Positions 31,366 through 42,484 are shown, counted from the first letter of the stretch. The stretch: 64,000 bases of DNA from an uncultured Actinomycetota bacterium (GCA_963805835.1 CAWDVX010000028.1:1378-65377); one strand, 5' to 3'. The notes: generated by a model from the sequence alone, not told the origin. Made by a program: numbers and translations.

Positions 31366-32234
31366 TGACTACCACAATTGAGAAGGGCGCGGCGACGACG
31401 TCTCCGGCGGTTGCGCGAAAGAAGAAGAGCCGCAAGTTCAGCCCATGGGGCGTGGTCGCGTGGATCGCCGCCATCGGCTTCTTCTTCCCGGTGTTCTGGA
31501 TGGTGCTCACGTCCTTCAAGCAGGAAAGCGACGCGGCAACCAGTCCGCCGAAGCTGTTCTTCACGCCGACACTCGATCAGTACGGGGCGGTCTTCGAGCA
31601 GGGCATCGGACCCGCGATGCTCAACTCGTTGTTCGCCACGGGTATCTCCACGCTGCTCGTGCTCCTGCTCGGCACACCTGCCGCGTTCGCACTATCGCTG
31701 CGGCCGGTTCGGAAGACCTCGGATGCCTTGTTCTTCTTCATGAGCACGAAGATGTTGCCCATCGTCGCGGCCATCCTGCCGCTGTATGTGATCGTGTCCA
31801 ACCTGGGTCTCCTGGACAACATCTGGGCGTTGGTCATCCTGTACACGTCGATGAATCTTCCCATCGCGGTGTGGATGATGAGATCGTTCTTCCTCGAGGT
31901 TCCCGGCGAACTGCTCGAAGCGGCCAGCCTCGACGGCGCCAGCCTGTGGCGGTCGGTACGCGAGGTGATCCTTCCGCTGGTCTCGCCAGGCATCGCGGCC
32001 ACCGCGTTGATCTGCGTGATCTTCGCCTGGAACGAGTTCTTCTTCGCGGTCAACCTGACCGCGGTGAACGCCCAGACCATGCCGGTGTACCTCGTCGGGT
32101 TCATCGCCGGCGAGGGTCAGTACTGGGCCGTGCTGTCGGCGGCGGCAACCATGGCCGCACTTCCCGTGATGCTCTGCGGGTGGTTCGCGCAAAACAAGCT
32201 GGTGCGCGGACTTTCATTCGGCGCAATCAAGTAA
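31365..32234 (+). CDS. Sugar ABC transporter permease
   Basis: EAASLDGA, FAWNEFF, LVRGLSFGAIK. Confidence 0.92.
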   Translation: MTTTIEKGAATTSPAVARKKKSRKFSPWGVVAWIAAIGFFFPVFWMVLTSFKQESDAATSPPKLFFTPTLDQYGAVFEQGIGPAMLNSLFATGISTLLVLLLGTPAAFALSLRPVRKTSDALFFFMSTKMLPIVAAILPLYVIVSNLGLLDNIWALVILYTSMNLPIAVWMMRSFFLEVPGELLEAASLDGASLWRSVREVILPLVSPGIAATALICVIFAWNEFFFAVNLTAVNAQTMPVYLVGFIAGEGQYWAVLSAAATMAALPVMLCGWFAQNKLVRGLSFGAIK

Positions 32235-32270
32235 ACGACCAGACCCGCAACGAAAAAACGGAGAAGAACA

Positions 32271-33351
32271 ATGGCTGCAATCACCTACAAGAACGCCTCG
32301 TGCATCTACGAGGGATCGGACAAGCTCGCGGTGGACAACCTCAACCTCGACATCCAGGACGGCGAATTCATCGTCCTCGTCGGCCCATCCGGGTCCGGTA
32401 AGAGCACCGCCCTGCGCATGCTGGCCGGCCTCGAGGACATCGACGAGGGCGCCATCGAAATCGGCGGCAAGGACATGACCGGTGTGCCGTCCAAGGACCG
32501 CGACATCGCGATGGTGTTCCAGAACTACGCGCTCTACCCCAACAAGACCGTCGCCGAGAACATGGGCTTTGCGCTGAAACTGCGCGGGGTGTCGGCCCAG
32601 AGAGCGCCGCAAGAAGGTCGAGAACGCCGCCGAGATCCTGGACCTGACCGAGCACCTGGACCGCAAGCCCGCCAAACTGTCCGGCGGGCAACGGCAACGC
32701 GTCGCGATGGGGCGCGCCATCGTGCGTGAGCCCCAGGTCTTCTGCATGGACGAGCCACTGTCGAATCTGGACGCCAAGCTGCGCGTGCAGACCCGCACCC
32801 AGATCGCCGCCCTGCAACGACGGCTGGGCACCACCACCGTCTACGTCACCCACGACCAGGTCGAAGCCATGACGATGGGCGACCGCGTCGCCGTGCTGCG
32901 CTTCGGGAAACTGCAGCAATTCGCCGCGCCCAACGAGCTCTACGACAGGCCGGCCAACGCCTTCGTCGCCGGCTTCATCGGCTCGCCCGCGATGAACCTG
33001 GTGGACCTGTCCGTCACCGACAGCGGTGTGAAGATCGGTGACTCCGTACTGGAACTGGAGCGCGACGACCTCGCCAAGGTCAGCGATGCTGGTCTGTCGG
33101 AGGTCACCTTCGGCATCCGTCCCGAGCAGCTCGAGATCTCCAACGACGGCGGGGTTGAGGTCGTCGTCGACCTGGTCGAGGATCTCGGCAGCGAGGCATA
33201 CGTGTACACCCACGCGGGTTCGGGAGTCGAACTCGTCGCGCGGTGCAATCCGCGTACCGCGCCTAAGCTGGCCGACACGGTGCGACTGCGCAAGAACCCA
33301 GAAGGCGCGGTGCATCTGTTCAACTCGAAGACCGGCGAACGCCTGAATTGA
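32271..33351 (+). CDS. Sugar ABC transporter ATPase (frameshift ~32600)
   Basis: [26 protein letters not shown] in a shifted frame, [12 protein letters not shown]. Confidence 0.92.
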
Positions 33352-33357
33352 CCTGAC

Positions 33358-34626
33358 ATGAATGCACCGGAGTTTCGGCTCCGGGCGCCTATGCCGGGGT
33401 TGCTCGCGCTCCCATGGGACCGGCCGTTGTCGCAGTGGAATGTGCCCGATGTTCCACTGCGCGACATCGCCGTCGGACCCAGCCGGCACCTGGTGAAATT
33501 CGTCGACGCGGACGGCGCGCTGTGGGCGGTCAAGGACATGCCGCCGCGGGTTGCGGTCAAGGAGTACAACGTGCTGCGCCGGCTCGAGGAGATGGGCTTG
33601 CCCGCGGTTCGTCCTGCGGGCATGGTGCTGCAACCCGAGTTCGACACCGCGATTCTGGTCACCCGCTACCTCGAAGGGTCCTGGCAGTATCGGCGGCTGT
33701 TCATGCGGCTGCCGCCGGACCAACCGAAACACCGTGCGCGGCTGCTGGACGCGATGGCCGGACTGTTGGTGGAGTTGCATCGGCACGGCGTCTTCTGGGG
33801 TGACTGCTCGCTGGCCAACACGCTGTTCTCCCGTGACGGCCAGCTGCTGCAGGCATGGCTGGTCGACGCCGAGACCTCCGAGATTCATCCGTCGCTCAGC
33901 CGCGGCCAGCGCTCACACGACCTCGAGATCATGGTGGAGAACGTGGCGGAGGGTCTCGTCGACCTCGCCGAGCGGCTTGGGCGGCCCGAGGAGCTACACG
34001 AAACCCTCATCGCCGAAGCCGAACACGTACAGATCACCTACGACACGCTCTGGGAGACGCTGCACGCCGAGCCCGTCTTCGGTTTCACCGACCGCTACCG
34101 CGTCGAGGGAACCGTCCGCCGCCTCAACGAGCTCGGGTTCGCGGTCGACGAAGTGTCCCTCCAGCCGGTAAACGACGATTCGAACCAACTCAGAATCCGT
34201 GTCGCCGTGGGTGATCGGCGATACCACGCGCAGCGACTACAACAACTCACCGGACTGAATGTGGGCGAGGGACAGGCCCGGATACTGCTCGGCGACCTGC
34301 TGGCGTATCAGGCGCAGCTGTGCCGGGAAGCGGGTCACGACGTCGACGAGTCGACCGCGGCGCGACTGTGGGTGATCGAGGTGCTGACCCCTTACGAACG
34401 GTTGGCGCACGATGTCGTCCACCGCATGGGCACCCCGGTCCAGGCGTATTGCGACCTGCTCGAAGTGCGCTGGCTGCTGAGTGAGCAAGCAGGCCACGAC
34501 GTCGGAACGAACAAGGCGCTCGCGGCGTTGGCCCGCGGCGTCGTGCCTACCGACTCCGCGGCGAAGATGGCCGTCGCCGAAGTCCCGACCGCGCCGTTTG
34601 AAGTGGTGGCATTCGACGACGAATGA
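33358..34626 (+). CDS. DUF4032 / kinase-like domain protein
   Basis: LPWDRPL, FWGDCSLANTLF, LVDAETSE, RLNELGF. Confidence 0.8.
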   Translation: MNAPEFRLRAPMPGLLALPWDRPLSQWNVPDVPLRDIAVGPSRHLVKFVDADGALWAVKDMPPRVAVKEYNVLRRLEEMGLPAVRPAGMVLQPEFDTAILVTRYLEGSWQYRRLFMRLPPDQPKHRARLLDAMAGLLVELHRHGVFWGDCSLANTLFSRDGQLLQAWLVDAETSEIHPSLSRGQRSHDLEIMVENVAEGLVDLAERLGRPEELHETLIAEAEHVQITYDTLWETLHAEPVFGFTDRYRVEGTVRRLNELGFAVDEVSLQPVNDDSNQLRIRVAVGDRRYHAQRLQQLTGLNVGEGQARILLGDLLAYQAQLCREAGHDVDESTAARLWVIEVLTPYERLAHDVVHRMGTPVQAYCDLLEVRWLLSEQAGHDVGTNKALAALARGVVPTDSAAKMAVAEVPTAPFEVVAFDDE

Positions 34627-34724
34627 GCGACAACTGAGCGACAAAGTCGCTCGGATTCGATTGCATGGCAACACCTTCCGTTCTTAGAGAGTTCTTCGGA
34701 TTCTTTCTAGAGACTTCTTATAGT

Positions 34725-34740
34725 TCGAACTTATGTTCGA
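34725..34740. promoter_or_regulatory. LexA (SOS) box
   Basis: TCGAAC-TTAT-GTTCGA, a perfect mycobacterial consensus, 3 bp before the ATG. Confidence 0.9.
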
Positions 34741-34743
34741 GTC

Positions 34744-36156
34744 ATGAGTGCGGAGGCGGTGCAGGCAGCGATAGCAGCCATGCGCGCCGCGCACGATCAG
34801 TTGGCGGGGCTGCCGGTCGATGCGCTCACCAAGACCGAGTTGGTCGCGGCGCTGGATGAGCTGGAAACGCTGTCGTGTCAGTTGCCGACCCAGCGCCACC
34901 GGATGTTGGCCCGGCTGCAGGCCGAAAGCACGGCCAAGGAGATGGGTGCCAAGTCGTGGCGTGAGGTGTTGTCGACTCGGTGGCGCATCTCGACATCCGA
35001 GGCCCGGCGCCGCCTGGAGGAGGCCGCGGTGTTGGGGCCACGGCGCACCTTGACCGGCCAACCCCTGCCGCCGCAGCTACCCGGCACCGCGATCGCGCAA
35101 GCCCATGGGCTGATCAACGGTGAACACGTCACAGTGGTGCGCGAGACGATGGACCGCATCCCGCCCGCGGTCGACACACCGACGCGCACCCAGATCGAAG
35201 TCGACTTGGCGCGCACCGCGATCGGGGTCGGGCCCAAGGAACTCAAGAACAACGCTGATCGGATCCTGTTTCTGCTCGATCAGGACGGCCCCGAACCCGA
35301 CGACGCCGAACGTGCGCGCCGGCGCGGCCTGTGGCGAGGACGCCAGGGACTCGACAAGATGATCCCGGTCAAGGGGAATCTCACCCCGGAGGCGTGGGCG
35401 ATCTATGAGGCGATCTTCGCCAAGTGGGCCGCACCGGGGATGTGTCACCCCGACGACGAAAATCCGTGCGTGTCGGGCACTCCGTCACAGGCCCAGATCG
35501 ACAACGACCACCGCAGTTTGGCGCAGCGTCAGCATGATGCGCTGATCGCGGTCGGGCGCAGTGTGTTGGAATCCGGTGAGCTGGGTCAGCACAACGGGTT
35601 ACCGACCTCGGTCATCATCCGCACCACTCTGCAGGATTTGGAGAGCCGCGCGGGGGTCGGCATCAGCGGTGGGGGCAGCGTGATCCCGATCGCCGACGTG
35701 ATCCGCATGGCCGCCCACGCGAACCACTACCTGGCGGTGTTCGACAAGGCGACCGGGTCGGCGTTGGATCTGTTCCGCGCCCGCCGCGTCGCCTCCCCGG
35801 CGCAGCGGATCATGTTGATCGCCCGCTCTGGGGGCTGCACCAAACCCGGCTGCACGGTGGGTGCCTACGGCAGCCAGGTGCATCATGCCGCCCGAGATTG
35901 GGCCGACGATGGGCAGACCAACGTCGACGAACTGGGTCTGGCCTGCGGGCCCGATAACCGTATGGTCGGCCGCGGTGGCTGGAGCACCCGGATCAACGCC
36001 GACAGCGACGTCGAATGGATCCCACCGCCACACCTGGATACCGGCCAAGCCCGAGTCAACGACTACCACCGACCCGAACGACTCCACCCACCACCCGAGG
36101 ACCAACCGTCGATACCCGAGGACCAACCCGGCGGACCAGAACCCAACGCCGCCTAA
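34744..36156 (+). CDS. DUF222/HNH protein (REP13E12 family)
   Basis: LDQDGPEP, WAAPGMC, QHNGLP, GCTKPGC...QVHH...TNVDELGLACGPDN, WIPPPHLD. Confidence 0.9.
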   Translation: MSAEAVQAAIAAMRAAHDQLAGLPVDALTKTELVAALDELETLSCQLPTQRHRMLARLQAESTAKEMGAKSWREVLSTRWRISTSEARRRLEEAAVLGPRRTLTGQPLPPQLPGTAIAQAHGLINGEHVTVVRETMDRIPPAVDTPTRTQIEVDLARTAIGVGPKELKNNADRILFLLDQDGPEPDDAERARRRGLWRGRQGLDKMIPVKGNLTPEAWAIYEAIFAKWAAPGMCHPDDENPCVSGTPSQAQIDNDHRSLAQRQHDALIAVGRSVLESGELGQHNGLPTSVIIRTTLQDLESRAGVGISGGGSVIPIADVIRMAAHANHYLAVFDKATGSALDLFRARRVASPAQRIMLIARSGGCTKPGCTVGAYGSQVHHAARDWADDGQTNVDELGLACGPDNRMVGRGGWSTRINADSDVEWIPPPHLDTGQARVNDYHRPERLHPPPEDQPSIPEDQPGGPEPNAA

Positions 36157-36172
36157 CGGCGGCTCCGACCGG

Positions 36173-36403
36173 TCAGCCGACGACGGCCGGGTTCGCCGGA
36201 TTAAGGCCGCTCGGCAGATCCGGGCTCAGACCCGAGCCACCGTGTGTGGTCTCCTGGCCTGCCGCCGGCCGGCAGTTGTTGTCTATCGGCGTCTGATCGC
36301 CGGAACAATAGGGGAGAAGATCCTGGGGGTCGGCGCCGGCGTGCGGTGCCGACAACACGACGGCTGCGCCCGCTAGCAGGCACGCCGCAAAGATTCTCCT
36401 CAT
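36173..36403 (-). CDS. Small secreted two-Cys protein
   Basis: Signal peptide ending AGA-DP; YCSGDQTPIDNNC. Confidence 0.7.
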   Translation of the reverse strand: MRRIFAACLLAGAAVVLSAPHAGADPQDLLPYCSGDQTPIDNNCRPAAGQETTHGGSGLSPDLPSGLNPANPAVVG

Positions 36404-36434
36404 AGTGCGAGGGTACGCCGGGTAATACCGTGTT

Positions 36435-38712
36435 GTGGTGGATCAGTTCGGTCGGGTGAAGCTCACCAACCCCGACAAGGTGCTTTACCCCGCGACGGGT
36501 ACCACCAAGGCCGAGGTCTTCGAGTACTACATCCAGATCGCCGAGGTGATGGTTGCGCACATCGCGGGCAGGCCGGTGACCCGCAAGCGCTGGCCCAACG
36601 GCGTCGACGAGCCCGCGTTTTTCGAGAAGCAGCTCGCCTCGTCCGCGCCGGAATGGCTCGATCGTGCGTCGATCACCCATAAGTCGGGAACGACCACCTA
36701 CCCGCTGATCGACACCGTCGAGGGGCTGGCGTGGATCGCCCAGCAGGCCGCGCTCGAGGTCCATGTCCCGCAATGGCGGTTCATAGATGGGAGCCAGGGT
36801 CCTGCGACACGCATCGTCTTCGATCTGGATCCCGGTGAGGGGGTCACGTTCCGGCAGTTGTGCAAGGTGGCCCACGAGGTCCGCGATCTCATCGCCGACA
36901 TCGGCCTCACCACCTTTCCCCTCACCAGCGGCAGCAAGGGGCTGCATCTCTATGTGCCGCTGGCCGAACCGATCAGTTCGCGAGGTGCATCGATACTCGC
37001 GAAGCGGGTCGCGCAGCAGCTGGAGCAGGCGATGCCCAAACAGGTCACCGCGACCATGACGAAGAGCCTGCGCACCGGCAAGGTGTTCCTCGACTGGAGC
37101 CAGAACAGCGCCGCCAAGACGACGATCGCACCGTATTCGCTTCGCGGACGAGAACATCCGACCGTCGCCGCGCCGCGAACGTGGGACGAGATCGACGACC
37201 CGAAGCTGAAGCACCTTCGGTTCGACGAGGTACTCGAACGGGTGGCCGAACACGGGGATTTGCTCGCCGAGCTGGACGAGGCGGTGCCGGTCGCCGACCG
37301 GTTGACGACGTACCGCAGCATGCGCGACTCGTCGAAAACACCTGAGCCGGTACCGAATAGACCGCCGCAAACAGGCCACGACGACGCGTTCGTCATCCAG
37401 GAGCACCATGCCCGTCGACTGCACTACGACTTCCGGCTGGAACGCAACGGAGTGCTGGTGTCGTGGGCGGTCCCGAAGAACCTGCCCGACACACCATCGG
37501 TCAATCACCTTGCGGTGCATACCGAGGATCACCCGATGGAGTACCTGACATTCGCGGGTGAGATTCCCAAGGGGGAGTACGGCGGCGGCAAGGTCATCGT
37601 CTGGGACACCGGAACCTACGAGACGGAGAAGTTCAACGACAACCCGCCCGGACGGCCCCGAGAAGGGTGGCGAGGTCATCATCACCCTGCACGGCAAGAA
37701 GATCGACGGCCGGTACGCGCTGATCCAGACCGACGGCAAGAACTGGCTGGCGCACCGGATGAAGGAGCAGAAAAACCCCCACGCAGGGGATCTCGCGCCG
37801 ATGCTGGCCACAGAGGGGTCGATCGAAAGGTTGAAGGCGACGCAGTGGGCGTTCGAGGGCAAGTGGGACGGCTACCGCGTGTTGGTCGATGCGAACCACG
37901 GCACGTTGAACCTGCGCTCGCGGCGGGGACGCGACGTCACCGACGAGTATCCGCAATTGCGGGCGCTGGCGGCCGACCTTGCCGACCATCACGTGATTCT
38001 CGACGGCGAGGCGGTCGCGCTCGACGAGTCGGGTGTTCCCAGCTTCGGCGAGATGCAGAACCGCGCCCGGTCTACCCGGCTGGAGTACTGGGCGTTCGAC
38101 ATCCTCTACCTCGACGGCCGATCGCTGCTGCGCGCCAAATACTCCGATCGTCGACGCGTGTTGGAAGCGCTGGCCGACGGCGGTGGGCTGATCGTGCCGG
38201 ATCTGTTGCCCGGCGACGGCCCCGAGGCGCTGGAGTATGCGCGTGAGCGGCGCTGGGAGGGCGTGGTCGCGAAGAAACTGGACGCGACCTACCAGCCGGG
38301 GCGGCGGACCAAGTCATGGATCAAGGACAAGATCTGGAACACCCAGGAGATAGTGATCGGCGGCTGGCGCCGAGGCGAGGGGGGCCGCTCGAGTGGTATC
38401 GGCGCGCTGATGCTCGGTATTCCAAGTCCAGACAACCCCGAGGGCGGTCTTCAGTTCGTCGGTCGTGTCGGCACCGGGTTCACGGAGAAGGAGCTGACAA
38501 AGCTCAAGGGCATCCTCAAGCCGCTGGAGACCGACGAATCACCGTTCAATGCGCGTCTTTCCAAGCTCGACGCCAGGGGCGTCACCTTCGTCCGTCCTGA
38601 GCTGGTCGGCGAAGTGCGCTACAGCGAGCGGACATCCGACGACCGGCTGCGTCAACCGAGTTGGCGCGGCCTGCGGCCGGACAAGGAACCGTCCGAGGTC
38701 GTTTGGGAGTAG
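36435..38712 (+). CDS. ligD: NHEJ ATP-dependent ligase LigD (POL-PE-LIG; frameshift ~37655)
   Basis: LTNPDKVLYP, FDLDP, SGSKGLH (polymerase); QEHHARRLHYDFRLE (phosphoesterase); EGKWDGYR, EGVVAK (ligase). Confidence 0.95.
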
Positions 38713-38714
38713 CC

Positions 38715-38950
38715 GCGCGGCGTCGATTTCTCGCCGGGTCAGCCTCGGCGGGCAGCGAAGCGGCGTCGGGGACGATCGTCGCTTCTTCGACGGGCTCGCC
38801 GGCCTGCCGTGCCGGCAGGTACACCACCCGCGACTTGCCGATGCGCAGCTCGTCACCGGAACGCAGAACCCGCTCCGCGGTGATCTTTGTCGCCGTTGAC
38901 GAAGGTGCCGTTGCGACTACCGACATAGCGGATCGACCAGGCGGACCCAT
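38715..38950 (-). pseudogene. Fragment of an FHA-domain (possibly FHA-LuxR) regulator
   Basis: Across frames: WSIRYVGSRNGTFVNG...LRSGDELRIGKSRVVY, then LPPRLTRREID. Both ends missing. Confidence 0.65.
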
Positions 38951-39070
38951 GCAGACCTCCTCTTAGGGGCATTTTTTGCCAGAGAGTCGGTCCATGGTCT
39001 GTGAACCGCCGCTAAGCCATCGCCGGACGTGGCACGCTGAACGCCGGTTCTTCGGGAGGTGGCGAGGTAG

Positions 39071-40037
39071 ATGTGCACACGGGTGCTATGGAACACCGAC
39101 GGCAGATTCGTGATGGCCGGCCGAACGATGGACTGGCCGGAGTCGACGCAACCGACCATCGTCGCCTTTCCCCGAGGGCGGGACCGGGACGGCGGCAAGG
39201 TCGGCGAGCTGGTTGCGGTCCCGGACAATCCGCTGCGCTGGACCAGCCGCTACGCCAGCCTGGTGACCACCGTGTACGGGATCGGCACCGTCGACGGATT
39301 CAACGAGGCGGGGCTCGGCGATGCACGCCCTCTATCTCAAGTCCACCGACGTCGGAGCCCGTGATCCGGGTCGGCCGGGCCTGCAGATCGGATTGTTCGG
39401 CCAGTATCTGCTGGACCAGGCGGGCACTGTCGCCGATGCGCTGGCGTTGGTGGACGTGTTCCAACCGGTGATGGTGCAGGCACATGGCCGGGAGGCGACC
39501 CTCCATTTCGCTCTCGAAGACGCCGGCGGGGACTCGGCGATCATCGAGTTCGCGGCCGGCGAACCCGTCATCCACCACGGCCGTCAATACACCATCATGA
39601 CGAACGACCCGACCTATGAAGAACAGCTGGCATTGATTGCGCAGCAGGACTTTTCGCATCCGAGTCGAGACATGCCGTTGCCGGGCAACGTCAATGCAGT
39701 AGATCGGTTCCAGCGGGCCGCCTATTACGCCGCGCTGCTACCCGAGCCGGCCGATACCCGGCAGGCGGTGGCGGGCGTGATGGCGATCATGCGCAACGTG
39801 TCGGTTCCGTTCGGCGCCCCGTACGCCGAGTTCGGCGTCTACAACACCGAATACCGGACGGTCATCGATCTGACCGAGAAGCTGTATTTCTTCGAGCTGT
39901 CGACGAGTCCGAACGTGATCTGGATCGACTTCGACGCCCTGAACCTGGGTGATCAGCCGTTGGAGATCAACCCCTACGACACCACTCTGGTCGGGGATGT
40001 CACGGCCCGATTGGAACCGCAGGAGGTGCCGTTCTAG
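39071..40037 (+). CDS. Ntn hydrolase, choloylglycine hydrolase/penicillin V acylase family (frameshift ~39320)
   Basis: N-terminal MCT nucleophile, GRTMDW, DGFNEAGL, MTNDP, RFQRA, RNVSVPFG. Confidence 0.88.
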
Positions 40038-40909
40038 ACCTTTGAGATGACCTTCTCGCCGTACTTCTCGATGGCACGAAGCTTGTCCTCGAGTGGTTCC
40101 GGGTCCGGCCCCACGGCGTAAGGCATTCGGAAGCCGACCATGATGTTCGTGACGCCTCGGTCCTCGAGTCGCTTGATGCCGTCGGGCTTGTACGCGTCGA
40201 GCGACTGGGCGTGGATCTCGAACGGCCCCGTTCGGCCCTCCTCCTCACGAAGTTCGTTGAGCCGCTTGATGTAACGGTCGAGTGCGGCGGGATCGCCGAG
40301 GTCGCCGCCGCCATGCATCCACCCGTCGTTGCGCGCCGCCCGCCGCAGGGCGGCCTCGGCGTGCCCACCGATGAGGATAGGGATCGGGCTGGTGGGCGCG
40401 GGCGACATCTTCGTCTTCGGGATGTCGTAGAACTCGCCGTGGTACTCGAAGTACTCACCGGTCGTCAGTCCTTTGACGATGTCGATGCACTCGTCCATCC
40501 GCTTACCACGCCTGGCGAACGGCACGCCCATCAATTCGTAGTCCTCGGGCCACGGGCTGGTGCCGACGCCGAGGGCCAGTCGGTTGTCGAACATCGCCGC
40601 CAGCGAGCCGGCCTGTTTGGCCGTCAACGCCGGCGGGCGGATCGGCAGTTTGAGGACGTAGACGTCGAACCGCAGCGTCGTGGTGACCGCGGCCAGTGCA
40701 CTGGCGAGGACGAAGGTCTCGACGATCTCCTTGCCGTCGAGGAACTCGCGGTTCCCGTCGGGGGTGTAGGGGTACTTCGAGTCCGACTCGTACGGGTAGG
40801 CGACGCTGTCGGCGATCGTCATCGCGTCGAACCCGGCGGCCTCGGCCGCCTGCGCCAGCGGGATGTAGTACTTCGGGTGGGTCAGTGACTCTGCATAGGT
40901 GAAGCGCAC
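40034..40909 (-). CDS. F420-dependent LLM oxidoreductase (Rv0940c-like)
   Basis: MRFTYAES, SKYPYTPDGNREFL, LGVGTSPWPEDY. Confidence 0.9.
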   Translation of the reverse strand: MRFTYAESLTHPKYYIPLAQAAEAAGFDAMTIADSVAYPYESDSKYPYTPDGNREFLDGKEIVETFVLASALAAVTTTLRFDVYVLKLPIRPPALTAKQAGSLAAMFDNRLALGVGTSPWPEDYELMGVPFARRGKRMDECIDIVKGLTTGEYFEYHGEFYDIPKTKMSPAPTSPIPILIGGHAEAALRRAARNDGWMHGGGDLGDPAALDRYIKRLNELREEEGRTGPFEIHAQSLDAYKPDGIKRLEDRGVTNIMVGFRMPYAVGPDPEPLEDKLRAIEKYGEKVISKV

Positions 40910-40919
40910 CCGCCAATAC

Positions 40920-40933
40920 TAGAACGTGTTCTA
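40920..40933. promoter_or_regulatory. KstR operator
   Basis: TAGAACGTGTTCTA, 10 bp upstream of the LLM start. Confidence 0.85.
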
Positions 40934-40974
40934 GTCTGAGGTTTACGGATCTGCGGCACGGGAACGAAGCGATC

Positions 40975-41247
40975 ATGAGCGCTGCATCCAAGATGCTGTA
41001 CACCCCACTGTCGATCGCCATCAGCGTGGCCGGCGGCTTTTTGGCCAGCAAGGTCTTCGCCGAGATCTGGCAGCGGATGAGCCCATCCGATCAGGAGCCG
41101 CCGGAGCCGAAGGATCTCAGCCGCTCGACCCGCGAGGCGCTGATCGCCGCCGCGGTGCAGGGGCTCATCTTCGGGCTGGCGCGCGCTTTAGTGGACCGGG
41201 CGAGCGCGAAGGGATACCGCGCGCTCACCGATGACGATCCGCAATAG
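40975..41247 (+). CDS. DUF4235-like small membrane protein
   Basis: KMLYTPLSI...AAAVQGLIF...VDRASAKG. Confidence 0.75.
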   Translation: MSAASKMLYTPLSIAISVAGGFLASKVFAEIWQRMSPSDQEPPEPKDLSRSTREALIAAAVQGLIFGLARALVDRASAKGYRALTDDDPQ

Positions 41248-41269
41248 CGGACACGGCATCATGGCGTAG

Positions 41270-42484
41270 GTGCGCAGCTGGTTCACCCGCAATGTGCGAG
41301 TGCTCTCTGCCGTGTCCTTTCTGCAGGACACCGCCAGTGAGCTGCTCTATCCACTGTTGCCGATCTACCTGACGTCCGTGCTCGGCGCGCCCGCGGCGGT
41401 CGTCGGTGCCGTGGAGGGGGTGGCCGAAGGCGCGGCGTCGCTCACCAAACTCGCGGCCGGCCCGCTGGGCGATCGGTACTCCAGGCGCCCGCTGATCGCC
41501 ACCGGGTACGGAATGGCGGCACTGGGCAAGGTGATCGTGGCTGCCGCCACCGGGTGGCCGGGTGTGCTGGCCGGCCGCGTGGTCGACCGCTTGGGCAAGG
41601 GGATTCGCGGGGCACCGCGCGATGCGCTGCTGGTCGTCGATATCGACGCCTCGGCGCGCGGAAAGGTCTTCGGATTCCACCGCGCGATGGACACCTTCGG
41701 CGCAGTCGTGGGCCCGCTGCTCGGACTCGTCGGCTATGAGCTGCTGGACCATCAGATCGCACCGCTGTTATGGGTGGCAGTCGTGCCGGCTGTGCTCAGT
41801 GTGGCGTTGGTGTATCTGGTTCGCGAGAAACTACCGTCAACGCCGCGCGGTGCGCGCCGTGCGATGTTTGCGATGGTGGGTGACTTGCCGCAACGCTATT
41901 GGCGGGTAGCGGCTCTGGTCGTCGCGTTCGGGCTGGTGAACTTTCCCGATGCGCTCCTGTTGCTGCGGCTCAACGACATCGGCTTCTCGGTGGTCGAGGT
42001 CATCCTCGCGTACGTGACGTACAACCTGGTGTACGCAGTGGTGAGTTACCCGGCGGGGGTGGTCGCCGATCGGGTAGGCAAGCCCGCGGTGTTCGGCATC
42101 GGCTTGGTGTTCTTCGCAGTCGGGTACGCGGGGCTGGGACTGACGACCGACACTTTCACGGCGTGGCTGCTGATCGGGGTGTACGGGCTGTTCACGGGGT
42201 GCACGGATGGCGTTGGCAAGGCTTGGGTTTCGTCGCTTGTCGGACCGGAACTGCAAGGCAGTGCGCAGGGTGTATTCCAAGGCCTAAGTGGCTTCTCGGT
42301 CTTGGTGGCCGGGTTGTGGGCGGGCTTCCTGTGGGGCGTCGACGGAGGGCTGCCGCTGCTGATCTCCGGCGTCGCCGGTGGCGTGTTCGCAGTCGTCACG
42401 CTGGCTGTTGCGGTGCGCGGCCGCTACACCCCCGAGAGTTCCTCGAGTGGAAACGGCGGCGAGCCGACGCCTGCCACCGAATAA
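41270..42484 (+). CDS. MFS transporter
   Basis: SFLQDTASELLYP, DRLGKGIRGAPRDAL; about 12 TM segments. Confidence 0.9.
   Translation: MRSWFTRNVRVLSAVSFLQDTASELLYPLLPIYLTSVLGAPAAVVGAVEGVAEGAASLTKLAAGPLGDRYSRRPLIATGYGMAALGKVIVAAATGWPGVLAGRVVDRLGKGIRGAPRDALLVVDIDASARGKVFGFHRAMDTFGAVVGPLLGLVGYELLDHQIAPLLWVAVVPAVLSVALVYLVREKLPSTPRGARRAMFAMVGDLPQRYWRVAALVVAFGLVNFPDALLLLRLNDIGFSVVEVILAYVTYNLVYAVVSYPAGVVADRVGKPAVFGIGLVFFAVGYAGLGLTTDTFTAWLLIGVYGLFTGCTDGVGKAWVSSLVGPELQGSAQGVFQGLSGFSVLVAGLWAGFLWGVDGGLPLLISGVAGGVFAVVTLAVAVRGRYTPESSSSGNGGEPTPATE

Noticed and set aside
37640-37680. Programmed frameshift or split ligD
   Set aside because: No slippery site, and it fits the window-wide indel error pattern.
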